The notes beneath the pieces were generated by a model. That model had not been told where the DNA came from, made no database searches, and saw only the letters and a program-made list of their open reading frames with translations. A program made the position numbers and the translations under genes. From Pseudomonas multiresinivorans (GTDB taxonomy: Bacteria; Pseudomonadota; Gammaproteobacteria; Pseudomonadales; Pseudomonadaceae), in NCBI RefSeq assembly GCF_012971725.1, contig NZ_CP048833.1:1688404-1720403 (forward strand): a DNA stretch of 32,000 nt, written 5' to 3'. This document shows, in pieces, positions 1 to 9,400 of this stretch. The first letter of the stretch is position 1. Each line of letters starts with the position of its first letter.

Positions 1-2
1 AC

Positions 3-1358
3 ATCACCGGCGCCTACATCAAGGGCGCCGGCAGCCAGCGCGGCACGCTGGACACCAAGGCCTACCTCGGCACGCCCATGCACCCCTTCACCCTCGGGCC
101 GATCAAGTACAAGGCCGGGCTGAATATCCCGGCCAACCAGGAAGCGCTGCAACTGATGACGCCGACCTGGACCGACCCGATCAACGATACCCACAAGTTC
201 GGCCTCTGGTCCTACTACCAGGGCTGCCTCTACGGTGATGCCGGCTGCACCAACCCGGCCCAGGCCACGACCAGGATCAACAGCGAGCTGAGCGCACTGA
301 AGACCCAGCGCGACACGCTGCTCACGACCTATTCGAACAACATGGTGAGCCTCAAGTCCGGCATCGACGCCGACATGGCGGTGGTCAACCAGCGCGAGAC
401 CCAGGTCGATGCGGCCCAGGCGGTGCAGAAGACCAACTACAACGCCATGAACACCCGTTACACCTCGGCGCCTGCCCAGGTCTGCGGGCTCTGGTGCGTG
501 GACCGCCCGGCGCTGGGGACGAAGTACGACTGCGGCATCCTCGCCGCCTGCAACAACAACACCGCGGTGAAGAACTACAACGCCTCGGTGGACACCTACA
601 ACACCAGTACCAGCGACCTCACGGCTGCCCAGCAGAACCTCAGTGCCGCCTGGTCCGTCAGTCGCAATGGCGTCACCCTCAGCCAGCGCGCCAGCGACTA
701 CGACAAGTTCGTCCAGCTCTGTGGTGCGCAAGGCGGCAGCGCCACCACCTGCGTCAGCGGCACCATTACGCGCACCGAGAAGAACGTCTCCACAGTGCAA
801 CTGGTGGCCGGCGCCATGCAGACCTCCTCCGGCACGCGTATTCAGGGACTGGATATCGGCATTGCCACCAAGTTCACCCTGCCCAGCACGGCCTACAACA
901 GCAACGGCTCGGCTGGCGCGACCACCACGCGCACGGACTTCTTCTCCATCGCCCTGGAGAACTTCACCCTCAACGGCTCCTACCTCAACCTGTGGGGCGA
1001 CGCAGCCGGGCTGAAGGCCTCCATGAGCCTGCAGATGTATGCCGACAAACTGATCATTGCCGGCTGCGAGAACTGCGCGGACAGCAACAAGGTGGTGGCC
1101 AAGAACGTCTACTTCGACCTCAACCTGGGCGATGCCAACTACCAGCCGGCAACGCTCTCCGTGGCCAGCAACGGCGACCTGGTGCTCAGTGCGCCGGGCG
1201 TTACCTGGGCCAACCACGAAGCCTTCTACCAGAACGTGCAGAAGAGCAATATCAGCATCGGCAACCTGAACATCAGCGGCACCGACGTCGGCTCCCAGGC
1301 CATCCGCGGCCTGCGCATCGATTATCTGAACGTTAGAACCGTGAACCTGCCGCGCTAG
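3..1358 (+). CDS. C-terminal part of a large Asn/Thr/Ser-rich secreted or surface protein (5' end lies outside the window)
   Basis: The reading frame is open from base 3, with no stop before the first ATG at 78. Codon position 3 shows strong G/C bias. No catalytic motif is recognisable. Confidence 0.6.
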   Translation: MTGAYIKGAGSQRGTLDTKAYLGTPMHPFTLGPIKYKAGLNIPANQEALQLMTPTWTDPINDTHKFGLWSYYQGCLYGDAGCTNPAQATTRINSELSALKTQRDTLLTTYSNNMVSLKSGIDADMAVVNQRETQVDAAQAVQKTNYNAMNTRYTSAPAQVCGLWCVDRPALGTKYDCGILAACNNNTAVKNYNASVDTYNTSTSDLTAAQQNLSAAWSVSRNGVTLSQRASDYDKFVQLCGAQGGSATTCVSGTITRTEKNVSTVQLVAGAMQTSSGTRIQGLDIGIATKFTLPSTAYNSNGSAGATTTRTDFFSIALENFTLNGSYLNLWGDAAGLKASMSLQMYADKLIIAGCENCADSNKVVAKNVYFDLNLGDANYQPATLSVASNGDLVLSAPGVTWANHEAFYQNVQKSNISIGNLNISGTDVGSQAIRGLRIDYLNVRTVNLPR

Positions 1359-1361
1359 CGC

Positions 1362-1889
1362 ATGAGGAGACTCGCCGTGAAAACTGCACGCCTTTCGAGC
1401 CGACTCCTGGCCCCCCTGTTCCTGTTGGCCGCCGCCGCCCACGGCGAGATGCGCGGCCTGGACGACAGCGAAATGGCCGATGTCAGCGGCCAGGACGGCG
1501 TCAGCCTGAGCGTCAACTTCAACCTCGCCGCCAACACCGCCGATACCCGCTGCACCGGCGGCTGCGGTGCGCGCCTGGCGATCCAGCCACTCAACAGCAC
1601 CGGCTATATCGTGCTGGACAATATCAAGGGCACCTTCAGTTTCGACGGCATGTCCATCGACATGGTGACCATCAACAATGGCTTCAACGGTGACGGCGCG
1701 CTGTTCAACCGCCAGGCCATGAAGATCGGCCTGACCAACGCCAGCGCCACCAACCTGCAGTTCACGCTGGGCGGCGCCAACCAGGGCAAGGTTTCCGGCA
1801 GCGGCCTGCAGCAGACCAACCTGCTCACCTACCAGGCCACCGGTGCGGTCAAGCTCACCGGCAACGTCTACGTCTTCGGCACTCCGTAA
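1362..1889 (+). CDS. small secreted protein of unknown function
   Basis: It starts 4 nt after the upstream stop. The N-terminus looks like a signal peptide (SRLLAPLFLLAAAAHG). An alternative in-frame GTG at 1377 lies behind GAGGAGA (1364-1370). GC3 is high. Confidence 0.6.
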   Translation: MRRLAVKTARLSSRLLAPLFLLAAAAHGEMRGLDDSEMADVSGQDGVSLSVNFNLAANTADTRCTGGCGARLAIQPLNSTGYIVLDNIKGTFSFDGMSIDMVTINNGFNGDGALFNRQAMKIGLTNASATNLQFTLGGANQGKVSGSGLQQTNLLTYQATGAVKLTGNVYVFGTP

Positions 1890-2004
1890 GCGAAACGCGC
1901 GAGCTGTCCGCCCGCCGGCCTTTCCCCCCAGCGCGTTTCACGCGACAATCCCGCCTCGTCGTGTCGGCCTGCTCGTGCAGGCACCACTCACAGGTAAACG
2001 CCCC

Positions 2005-2841
2005 TTGATCGAAGAAGCCCGTCGCCGCGCCTACCTTGGCGCCATGCAGGTCGCCAGTTGGCTGCCGCGCGTGGTGCTGCCGTTCGCCGCTCCGTCGCGC
2101 CCGGAGTTGCTGGAAACGCCTGCGCCCGTCGTAGCCGAGCCGATTGCTCCTGCGTCCGTTGCGGTAGCTCGCGAGGCCGTCGCCCCGGTTGCCGCCCCCG
2201 CGCCTGCTGCACCGGCAATGCCTGCAGAACCCGGCTCGATCGCTGCGCGCCTGCTGCCCAAGGTCGGCGCTGCGGCCAAGCCGGCCGCTGTGGTCAAGGC
2301 CGAAGAGCCGGCCGAGGCGGAAGCCGAACCGGCTGTCCGCGCGCCGGTCGCGCCGCCGCCGCGCTTTGCTCTGCAACTGTTGCGTGCCGGTGAATGCACC
2401 TTGCTGGTCGAACTGCCCACCGGCGAGCCGCTGGCCAGCCGCGATCCAGCCTACCTGCTGCTCAAGGACCTGCTGCGCGCCGCCGGCCTGCCGGACAGCC
2501 CGCAACTGATGGGCGAGCCGGTACGCTGGCCGCTGTTCTCCCGCGGCAACATGGACCAGGGCCCGCAAGCCGCCCGCGAGTTCGTCCAGGGTTTCGTCGC
2601 CGCTCGGCTGGAGGAGGGCGCTCCGTGTTCCTGCCTGTGGCTGGTCGGCATGCCCGCCGTGCGCTTCGCCGGCGAGGGCGATGAAGAGTCCCTGCTGCGC
2701 GAGCTGCAGGTCGAAGGCCTGGGCGTAGCCTGGGCACTGCCGGGCCTCGAGCGGCTGGCCGAAGAACCCACTTTGAAAGCCGACCTCTGGCGCGCCATGC
2801 GCCGAGTGCGGCAACGCTGGATGAGTCAGGCACCTGCATGA
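2005..2841 (+). CDS. DNA polymerase III psi-subunit-like (HolD-like) protein with a long Ala/Pro-rich linker; start uncertain (TTG 2005 or ATG 2044)
   Basis: Its stop overlaps the rimI start (ATGA at 2838-2841), matching the holD-rimI arrangement in E. coli. The N-terminal RRRAYLGAMQVASWLPR resembles the psi N-terminus. The 5' part of the 1843 ORF overlaps the previous gene and is unlikely to be coding. Confidence 0.45.
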   Translation: MIEEARRRAYLGAMQVASWLPRVVLPFAAPSRPELLETPAPVVAEPIAPASVAVAREAVAPVAAPAPAAPAMPAEPGSIAARLLPKVGAAAKPAAVVKAEEPAEAEAEPAVRAPVAPPPRFALQLLRAGECTLLVELPTGEPLASRDPAYLLLKDLLRAAGLPDSPQLMGEPVRWPLFSRGNMDQGPQAAREFVQGFVAARLEEGAPCSCLWLVGMPAVRFAGEGDEESLLRELQVEGLGVAWALPGLERLAEEPTLKADLWRAMRRVRQRWMSQAPA

Positions 2842-3290
2842 GCGACGCTGTTTCTTTCCGCCCGATGACCGAGGCGGACCTCGATGCCGTACTCAAGATC
2901 GAATACGCCGCCTTCAGCCACCCCTGGACGCGCGGCACCTTCGCCGATGGGCTTAAAAGCTATGAATGCTGGGTGATGTTCGAAGGTTCCCAGCAGGTCG
3001 GCCACGGCGTGATCCAGCTGATCCTCGATGAAGCGCACCTGCTCAACATCACCGTCAAGCCGGAGAGCCAGGGCCGTGGCCTGGGGCTGGCGCTGCTGGA
3101 ACACCTGATGAAGCGCGCCCACGAGCGAGGCGGAGTGGAATGCTTCCTCGAAGTCCGCGCCTCCAACGGTCCCGCCTATCGCCTTTACGAGCGCTACGGC
3201 TTCAATGAAATCGGTCGTCGCCGCGATTACTACCCGGCGGTCGGCGGCCGTGAAGACGCGCTGGTGATGGCCTGCACGCTGGTCGACTGA
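2838..3290 (+). CDS. rimI: ribosomal-protein-alanine N-acetyltransferase (GNAT family)
   Basis: The 150-aa product carries the GNAT acetyl-CoA motif (QGRGLGLALLEHL) and the RimI-typical N-terminus (RPMTEADLDAVLKIEYAAFSHPW). Confidence 0.9.
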   Translation: MSDAVSFRPMTEADLDAVLKIEYAAFSHPWTRGTFADGLKSYECWVMFEGSQQVGHGVIQLILDEAHLLNITVKPESQGRGLGLALLEHLMKRAHERGGVECFLEVRASNGPAYRLYERYGFNEIGRRRDYYPAVGGREDALVMACTLVD

Positions 3291-3668
3291 GCGCCCACCA
3301 CGCGGGCTTCTTCGCACTGACCAGGAAGTAGGATGGTGTGGAGCGAAGCGATACCCATCGATCGGTGCGTCTGCGGCATGGGCATCGCTCCTCTCCACCC
3401 ATTCTGCGAGAACTTCCCCAGACTCCCCGAGACGCCGCACGCCGGAATCCAGGGCTGCGTGGGAGCGGACTCTGTCCGCGATCGTCTCTCCGCCGCGCTG
3501 TTCGTCCGGACCTGTCCAGATCACTTCCATTCCGGGATAGCCCAGGCTAGAGCCCTCGACATTTCATCCCCCGCAAAGCCTGGAAATTTCCCACGATTCG
3601 GGTTTCTCCGAGGGCGATTCCTGGCTTACGCTTAAGCCCAATAACAACAAGAACATAAGGTCGCAGAC

Positions 3669-5057
3669 ATGAATCGCAGCGATGTGATCGTGGTGGGCGC
3701 CGGTATTTCGGGGCTGACCGCGGCCTGGCGTCTGGCGCAAGCCGGGCAACGGGTCAAAGTGATCGAAGCGAACAAGCGCGTCGGTGGGCGCACCCTCAAC
3801 CATCGCTTCGCCAGCGGCGAGGTGGTCGAGGTGGGCGGCCAGTGGGTCGGCCCGACCCAGGAACGCATCCTTTCCCTGCTGGCCGAACTCGGCCTGTCGA
3901 CCTATCCGCAGTGGAACCAGGGCGACAACCTGACCCTCTTCGGGAACCGCCTGAGGCCCTATCGCGGCGCTATTCCGAAACTTCCTCCCCACGTTCTGCT
4001 CGATGTCCTTCAGGCTCATGTACGCCTGGACCGCATGGCGCGGGAAATCCCCCTGAGCGACCCCAGCCTGCACCCCAAGGCCGAGCTCTGGGACAGCCTC
4101 ACCTTCGCCGAATGGCTGCGGCGCAACGTGCGCACCGCCACCGGGCGCAAGGTCTTCGAGCTGATGAGCGGCGCCGTGCTTGCCGCCAGCCCCCATGACC
4201 TCTCGTTCCTCCATGTGTTGTTCTACATCCACAGCGGCACCAACCTCGACACCCTGCTGGGCGTCGAGGGCGGCGCCCAGCAGGACCGCATCCTCGGCGG
4301 CTCCCAGCGGATCAGCGAAGTGCTCGCCGAGCGTGTCGCAGACGTTATCACCGGCGAGCCGGTGCGCACCGTGCGGCAGAACGGCAGCAGCGTCGAGCTG
4401 ATCACTGACCGCGGTACCCACCAGGCCGCCCGTGTCATCTTCGCTGTGCCTCCCACCCAACTGCTGCGGATTACCCAGGAGCCGCTGCTGCCCAGCTGGC
4501 GCGACCAGCTGCTGCAACGCCTGCCGCAGGGCTCGGTGATCAAGTGCATGGCGCTCTATGACACCCCGTTCTGGCGCGACAAAGGCCTCTCCGGCCAGGC
4601 CACCAGCGAGATCGGCCCGGTTCGCCTGACCTTCGACAACAGCGTCCCCGGCTCCGGGCGCGGCGTGCTGCTGGGCTTTATCGAAGGCGACGAAGCGCGC
4701 CAGTGGAACGCCCGCCTTGCCGACGAGCGCCGCGGCCAGGTGCTGGAGTGCTTCGCCCGCTACTTCGGTGAGCAGGCGCTTCAGCCGAAGGACTACGTAG
4801 ACAAATCCTGGGCTGAGGAACCCTTCGCCCGGGGCTGCTATGCCGCCCTGTTCCCGCCGGGGCTTTGGAGCAGCGGCGCGGCGCGCCTGCGCGAACCCTT
4901 CGGGCGTTTGCACTTCGCCGGCACAGAAACGGCAACGCGCTGGATGGGCTATTTCGACGGGGCCGTGGAGGCCGGGGAGCGTGCGGCGCGGGAAGTGCTG
5001 GGCGCGCGGGAAGATCACGGGGAGGAAGACTATGTGCGACACCTTGGTATTGCGTAG
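3669..5057 (+). CDS. FAD-dependent amine oxidase (flavin monoamine oxidase family)
   Basis: The N-terminus has the dinucleotide-binding motif VVGAGISGLTAA...E...RVGGR. Length (462 aa) and the C-terminal FAGTE motif are typical of the family. Confidence 0.85.
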   Translation: MNRSDVIVVGAGISGLTAAWRLAQAGQRVKVIEANKRVGGRTLNHRFASGEVVEVGGQWVGPTQERILSLLAELGLSTYPQWNQGDNLTLFGNRLRPYRGAIPKLPPHVLLDVLQAHVRLDRMAREIPLSDPSLHPKAELWDSLTFAEWLRRNVRTATGRKVFELMSGAVLAASPHDLSFLHVLFYIHSGTNLDTLLGVEGGAQQDRILGGSQRISEVLAERVADVITGEPVRTVRQNGSSVELITDRGTHQAARVIFAVPPTQLLRITQEPLLPSWRDQLLQRLPQGSVIKCMALYDTPFWRDKGLSGQATSEIGPVRLTFDNSVPGSGRGVLLGFIEGDEARQWNARLADERRGQVLECFARYFGEQALQPKDYVDKSWAEEPFARGCYAALFPPGLWSSGAARLREPFGRLHFAGTETATRWMGYFDGAVEAGERAAREVLGAREDHGEEDYVRHLGIA

Positions 5058-6276
5058 CGGCGGGGCCACCTGGTTCGCCAAGAACAGCGACCGCGAGCCT
5101 GCCGAAACGCAACGCCTGATCCGCCTGCCCGCTGTGAGCGGCGACAGCGCGGCCAAGGTGCGCACCACCTATCTGGAGATCCCCCAGACTTCCCATCGCC
5201 ATGGCGTCATCCTCAGCCAGCCGGCCTGGCTGTGGGGTGCCGAGATGGGCGTCAACGACAAGGGCGTGGCCATCGGCAACGAAGCCGTGTTCACCAGACT
5301 GACCCAGCGCGACGGCGAAGCCTTGCTCGGCATGGACCTGCTGCGCCTGGGGCTGGAGCGCGGCAGCAGCGCCCGCGAGGCGTTGTCGGTCATCACCGGA
5401 CTGCTGGAGCGCCATGGGCAGGGTGGCCCCGCCGGCTATCGCAACAAGCGCATGCGCTACGACAACAGCTACCTGATCGCCGACCGCGACGAAGCCTGGG
5501 TGCTGGAAACCGCCGGGCGTCTGTGGGCGGCGAAGAAGGTCGAGCGCTGGGCCATCTCCAACGCCCTGACCCTGGGCCATGACTACGACCTCGCCAGCCC
5601 CGACCTGGAAACCCAGGCGCGCCGCTTTGGCTGCTGGAACGGCCGCGGCGATTTCCACTTCGCCCGCGCCTTTGACGGCCGTGTGCTGCCCTGGGTCGCC
5701 GGCGCCCACCAGCGCCGCCAGCTCAACGAAGACTTCCTCGCCCACTGCCCGGCACAGGTCGACTGGCTGGCGCTGGTCGTCGCCCTGCGCAGCCACGGTC
5801 ACCGCGGGCACCGCCTCAACCTGCACGACAACCGGCAGATCTGCCTGCATGCGGGCAGCTTCTGGCGCCCCTCGCAGACCACCGCCAGCCTCATCGCTCG
5901 GCTCGACGGTGAATCTCCGCGCCTGGCCGCCACGGGTACTTCTGCACCCTGCCTGTCCATGTTCCAGCCGCTGGGTTTCGAAGAGCGCGCCGGGGAAGGC
6001 CTGCTCAGCCGCGAAACCGACGCCGTGGAGGACTCGCTCTGGTGGCGCTTCGAGACCGTGCACCAGCGCGCCCTGGCCGATCCCGGTTTCGCCGATGCCT
6101 TGCGCGCCGGCCACGGCTGGCTGGAAACCGAGTTGCTCAGCGCCCTGGATCGGCGCACGCTGGAATGGCCGCGCCTCGCCGCAGAAGGCCAGGCCTGGCA
6201 TGACGCCTGGCACCAGTTGGCGCTGCAGCAGGCGCCGCGCCCACCGCGCTGGTGGCGGCTCAACGCCGTGCACTGA
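5032..6276 (+). CDS. Ntn-hydrolase, peptidase C69 / secernin-like
   Basis: The start was chosen at MCDTLVL (Cys2 nucleophile) followed by FAKNSDREP, behind GGAGGAAG (5021-5028). It overlaps the amine oxidase 3' end by 26 nt. Confidence 0.7.
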   Translation: MCDTLVLRSGGATWFAKNSDREPAETQRLIRLPAVSGDSAAKVRTTYLEIPQTSHRHGVILSQPAWLWGAEMGVNDKGVAIGNEAVFTRLTQRDGEALLGMDLLRLGLERGSSAREALSVITGLLERHGQGGPAGYRNKRMRYDNSYLIADRDEAWVLETAGRLWAAKKVERWAISNALTLGHDYDLASPDLETQARRFGCWNGRGDFHFARAFDGRVLPWVAGAHQRRQLNEDFLAHCPAQVDWLALVVALRSHGHRGHRLNLHDNRQICLHAGSFWRPSQTTASLIARLDGESPRLAATGTSAPCLSMFQPLGFEERAGEGLLSRETDAVEDSLWWRFETVHQRALADPGFADALRAGHGWLETELLSALDRRTLEWPRLAAEGQAWHDAWHQLALQQAPRPPRWWRLNAVH

Positions 6277-6339
6277 TGCAGCTTGTCAGTCACGCCCGCG
6301 CTGCGTAAGGTGCCGCCAGCCAATGATGAGGAGCCGAAC

Positions 6340-6984
6340 ATGAGCGATCTGCAGGAACTGTTCGACAACAACGCCCGCTGGGCCGAAGCCATCAAGGAGG
6401 AGGACCCCGAGTTCTTCGCCAAACTGGCCCGCCAGCAGACTCCCGAATACCTGTGGATCGGCTGCTCCGATGCACGCGTGCCGTCGAACCAGATCGTCGG
6501 CCTGCTGCCTGGCGACCTGTTCGTCCATCGCAACGTCGCCAACGTCGTGCTGCACACCGACCTCAACTGCCTGTCGGTTATCCAGTTCGCCGTCGACGTG
6601 CTCAAGGTCAAGCACATCCTGGTCACCGGTCACTATGGTTGCGGCGGCGTGCGCGCCGCGCTGCAGCACACCCAACTCGGCCTGATCGACGGCTGGCTGC
6701 GCACCATCCGCGACCTCGCCTACGAATACCGCGACCACCTCGGCCAGTTCGAGAAGGAAGAGGAGCGCGTCGACCGCCTCTGCGAGCTCAACGTCATCCA
6801 GCAGGTGGCCAACGTCAGCCACACCAGCATCGTCCAGAACGCCTGGCACCGTGGTCAGAAGCTCTCCGTGCACGGCTGCATCTACGGGATCAAGGACGGC
6901 ATCTGGAAGGACCTCAACGTCACCGTCAGCGGCCTCGACCAACTGCCGCCGCAGTACCGCCTGCGCCCGCTCGGCCAGTCTTGA
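6340..6984 (+). CDS. can: beta-class carbonic anhydrase
   Basis: It closely resembles my memory of E. coli Can, with motifs CSDSR-like (GCSDARVP), FVHRNVANVV and GHYGCGGV. GAGGAG lies upstream of the ATG at 6340. Confidence 0.9.
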   Translation: MSDLQELFDNNARWAEAIKEEDPEFFAKLARQQTPEYLWIGCSDARVPSNQIVGLLPGDLFVHRNVANVVLHTDLNCLSVIQFAVDVLKVKHILVTGHYGCGGVRAALQHTQLGLIDGWLRTIRDLAYEYRDHLGQFEKEEERVDRLCELNVIQQVANVSHTSIVQNAWHRGQKLSVHGCIYGIKDGIWKDLNVTVSGLDQLPPQYRLRPLGQS

Positions 6985-7997
6985 GCCGACGCCTTTGCGT
7001 CATCCCCGGTGACGGCATCGGCCGCGAAGTCGTGCCCGTCGCCGTGGAAGTCCTGCGACACCTGCTGCCTGACCTGCAGGTAGAAGAAGCCGAAGCCGGC
7101 TGGGACTGCTTCCAGCGCCACGGCACTTCGGTGCCCGACACTACCTATGACAGCCTGCGCGCCTGCGGCGCCGGATTGTTCGGCGCCGTTTCCTCGCCCA
7201 GCCACAAGGTCGAAGGCTACCGCAGCGCCATCCTCAGCCTGCGCCAGACGCTGGCGCTGAACCTCAACCTGCGCCCCGTCCGTTCGCGCCCGGTAGTCTC
7301 GCCCCGTGCGGGCATCGACTTGCTGGTCCTGCGGGAAAACAGCGAAGGCCTCTACAGCGGCCGCGAACACTGGGAAGCCGAAGGCGTCGCCATCGCCGAA
7401 CGGGTCATCAGCCGCACCGCCTGCGAACGCCTCGCCGCTGGCGCCGCTGAGCTTGCCCGCCTGCGCCACGCACGGCGCATCACCCTCGTGCACAAGGCCA
7501 ACGTCCTGCCGATTACCTGCGGCCTGTTCCGCGACACCTGCCGCGACCGGTTGGCCGAAGACGGCTGGAGCGATGTGCTCGACGAACGTTTGGTCGATGT
7601 AGCCGCCCTGCAACTGGTCGAACGCCCGGAGTCTTTCGACCTGATCGTCACCACCAACCTCTTCGGCGACATCCTCTCCGACCTCGCCAGCCACTGGGGC
7701 GGCGGCCTGGGCCTTGCACCTTCGCTCAACCTGGGCGCCGGCAACGCCCTCGCCGAACCCGTCCACGGCAGCGCCCCGGACATCGCCGGCACTGGCCGCG
7801 CCAACCCTCTCGCGGCCATCCTCAGTGCCGGCATGCTGCTGAGGCATTACTGGCAACTGCCGGAGCTGGCGGATCGGATTGACTCGGCAGTGGATGAGTT
7901 TCTGCGGGAGGAGGGGAGTGTGGACTTTGCCGGGGAGACGACGCGGGTGATTGGGCAGGGTGTATTGGAGCGGTTGGGCGCAACGTCGAATCATTGA
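6981..7997 (+). CDS. isocitrate/isopropylmalate dehydrogenase family protein (decarboxylating dehydrogenase)
   Basis: A TTG start overlaps the can stop (TTGA at 6981-6984) and gives a family-typical N-terminus, (M)SRRLCVIPGDGIGREV. Later motifs are LVHKANV, NLFGDILSD and HGSAPDIAG. Confidence 0.8.
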   Translation: MSRRLCVIPGDGIGREVVPVAVEVLRHLLPDLQVEEAEAGWDCFQRHGTSVPDTTYDSLRACGAGLFGAVSSPSHKVEGYRSAILSLRQTLALNLNLRPVRSRPVVSPRAGIDLLVLRENSEGLYSGREHWEAEGVAIAERVISRTACERLAAGAAELARLRHARRITLVHKANVLPITCGLFRDTCRDRLAEDGWSDVLDERLVDVAALQLVERPESFDLIVTTNLFGDILSDLASHWGGGLGLAPSLNLGAGNALAEPVHGSAPDIAGTGRANPLAAILSAGMLLRHYWQLPELADRIDSAVDEFLREEGSVDFAGETTRVIGQGVLERLGATSNH

Positions 7998-8054
7998 GCG
8001 TGCTTGCTCGCGTGCTAGCATTTTCTGTCCCTAAAGACGCATCACTGAGCACGC

Positions 8055-8399
8055 ATGAAGCTGCTGATACTCGCCCTCGCGCTCTTCGTCCCGCCAATAC
8101 TTCTGTTCTGGCGGGCTTCAAGTTTTATCTGGCCGGTGCGCTACCTGCTCGCTGTCATACCGGCAGCCTATACCTGCATCGGCTGGCAGCTGGGCTCTTG
8201 GGGATATACCCACTTCAACTGCCTGGGCGGGACGAAGAACCTGCATGACTGTCTCGCCGGAGGCGCGGACCTTACCGCCTGGGTTGGCTACGGCCTGTTC
8301 CTGATGCTTCCCTTCCTATTCATCGGCGCGCCCCTGTCGTTGTGGTGCCTGATCGATACCGCTGCGAAGCACATCGGCCAGTCCCGCACGCAGCAGTGA
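8055..8399 (+). CDS. small integral membrane protein, function unknown
   Basis: Three to four hydrophobic segments are present. GC3 is high. Confidence 0.5.
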   Translation: MKLLILALALFVPPILLFWRASSFIWPVRYLLAVIPAAYTCIGWQLGSWGYTHFNCLGGTKNLHDCLAGGADLTAWVGYGLFLMLPFLFIGAPLSLWCLIDTAAKHIGQSRTQQ

Positions 8400-8458
8400 C
8401 GTCACCGGGCGTACCGGCGAACTAAGCTCAAGGCACCACTTTCCCCAGGGTGCCCGGC

Positions 8459-9151
8459 ATGTGCGGACGCTACGTCAGCCCTGATGAGGCCGCTATCGAA
8501 CGCTACTGGCACATCGGTGCGCGAACACCGCCGCGCTGGCTGACGGCCTGCTACAACGTCGCCCCGACCATGACCGTACCCATCCTGCGCCACGGCGAAA
8601 GCGGCCAGCTCGAACTGCTGCCTGCCCGCTGGGGTTTGATTCCCTCCTGGTGGAAGGACCCCGCTCCGCCTCGCTTATCCTTCAATGCCCGCAGCGAAGA
8701 AGCCGCCGGCAAACCCCTCTGGCGGCACGCCCTGCGCAGCAGTCGCTGCCTGATGCCCGCGCTGGGCTGGTATGAGTGGAACGAGAAGGAAAACCTGCGC
8801 AACCCGGCGGGCCGAAAAGTCCACCAACCTTACTTCATCCACTGTCCCGTCGATCCCATCATCGCAATCGCGGGCCTCTGGTCCCTGTGGATGAACCCCA
8901 ACGGCGAGCCGGTTCTCTCCTGCGCCCTACTCACCAAATCCGCTGCGCCGAGCATCGAAAACATCCATCACCGTATGCCTGTGGTGCTGGCGCCGGAAAG
9001 CTTCGAGGAATGGCTGTCTACTGCCACCCGTAACGAGGCGGTCGACGATCTGATTCATCACGCGCGGGAAGACTTTGCGGGACACCGGGTTTCGTTGCGG
9101 GTAAACGACACGCGGAATGATGAGGATGGCTTGCTGGTCGAGGCTGAGTAG
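8459..9151 (+). CDS. SOS-response-associated peptidase (SRAP / YedK-like abasic-site processing protein)
   Basis: The start was set at MCGRY because the family uses Cys2. YNVAPT and ARWGLIPSW motifs are present. Confidence 0.85.
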   Translation: MCGRYVSPDEAAIERYWHIGARTPPRWLTACYNVAPTMTVPILRHGESGQLELLPARWGLIPSWWKDPAPPRLSFNARSEEAAGKPLWRHALRSSRCLMPALGWYEWNEKENLRNPAGRKVHQPYFIHCPVDPIIAIAGLWSLWMNPNGEPVLSCALLTKSAAPSIENIHHRMPVVLAPESFEEWLSTATRNEAVDDLIHHAREDFAGHRVSLRVNDTRNDEDGLLVEAE

Positions 9152-9177
9152 CCGGGGAAAGAATGACTTTTCGCAGA

Positions 9178-9215
9178 CAAAGAAAAAGGGGTTTAGCTTT
9201 CGCTAAATCCCTTTT
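9178..9215 (-). terminator. rho-independent terminator left behind with the displaced tRNA-Met 3' fragment
   Basis: The hairpin runs aaaaggggtttagc / tttc / gctaaatccctttt. Read on the minus strand it is followed by a U-rich tract. Confidence 0.5.
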
Positions 9216-9221
9216 AAGAGA

Positions 9222-9267
9222 TGGTGGCTACACCGGGACTTGAACCTGGGACATCAGCATTATGAAT
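9222..9267 (-). repeat. attL: 46-nt copy of the 3' half of tRNA-Met (anticodon loop to CCA)
   Basis: It is identical base for base to 31803-31848 inside the intact tRNA at the other end of the island. Confidence 0.9.
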
Positions 9268-9400
9268 CGCATGAGGGCCGCCCCGCGCGCCCCCAAATCC
9301 CTGTAAACCGGGCCTTTCAAAGGCGACGAAACCTCATTTCAACCGGCTGTTTCTGACAATTGGCCTTATGTGGTCACCCCAGAGTCTTTACCAGTACTTG
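9263..9400. repeat. left copy of an approximately 135-bp direct repeat (island arm)
   Basis: It aligns with 13354-13490 at an offset of about 4090. The perfect 40-nt core is 9332-9371 = 13422-13461, and the flanks look about 80% identical by eye. Confidence 0.85.

Noticed and set aside
3622-3637. A sigma-54-like TGGC...GC element upstream of the amine oxidase gene.
   Set aside because: The spacing between the GG and GC dinucleotides is off by one relative to the TGGCAC-N5-TTGC consensus.
1855-8021. Long minus-strand ORFs across the backbone (1855-2814, 3564-5168, 4678-6273, 5799-6626, 6286-6942, 6882-8021) and alternative plus-frame ORFs such as 494-1336, 5579-6343 and 6453-start.
   Set aside because: These are typical shadow ORFs of GC-rich DNA. 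Their translations are Arg/Ala/Gly/Pro-rich with no motifs. The third-position G/C bias fits the annotated plus-strand frames, each of which has recognisable family motifs.
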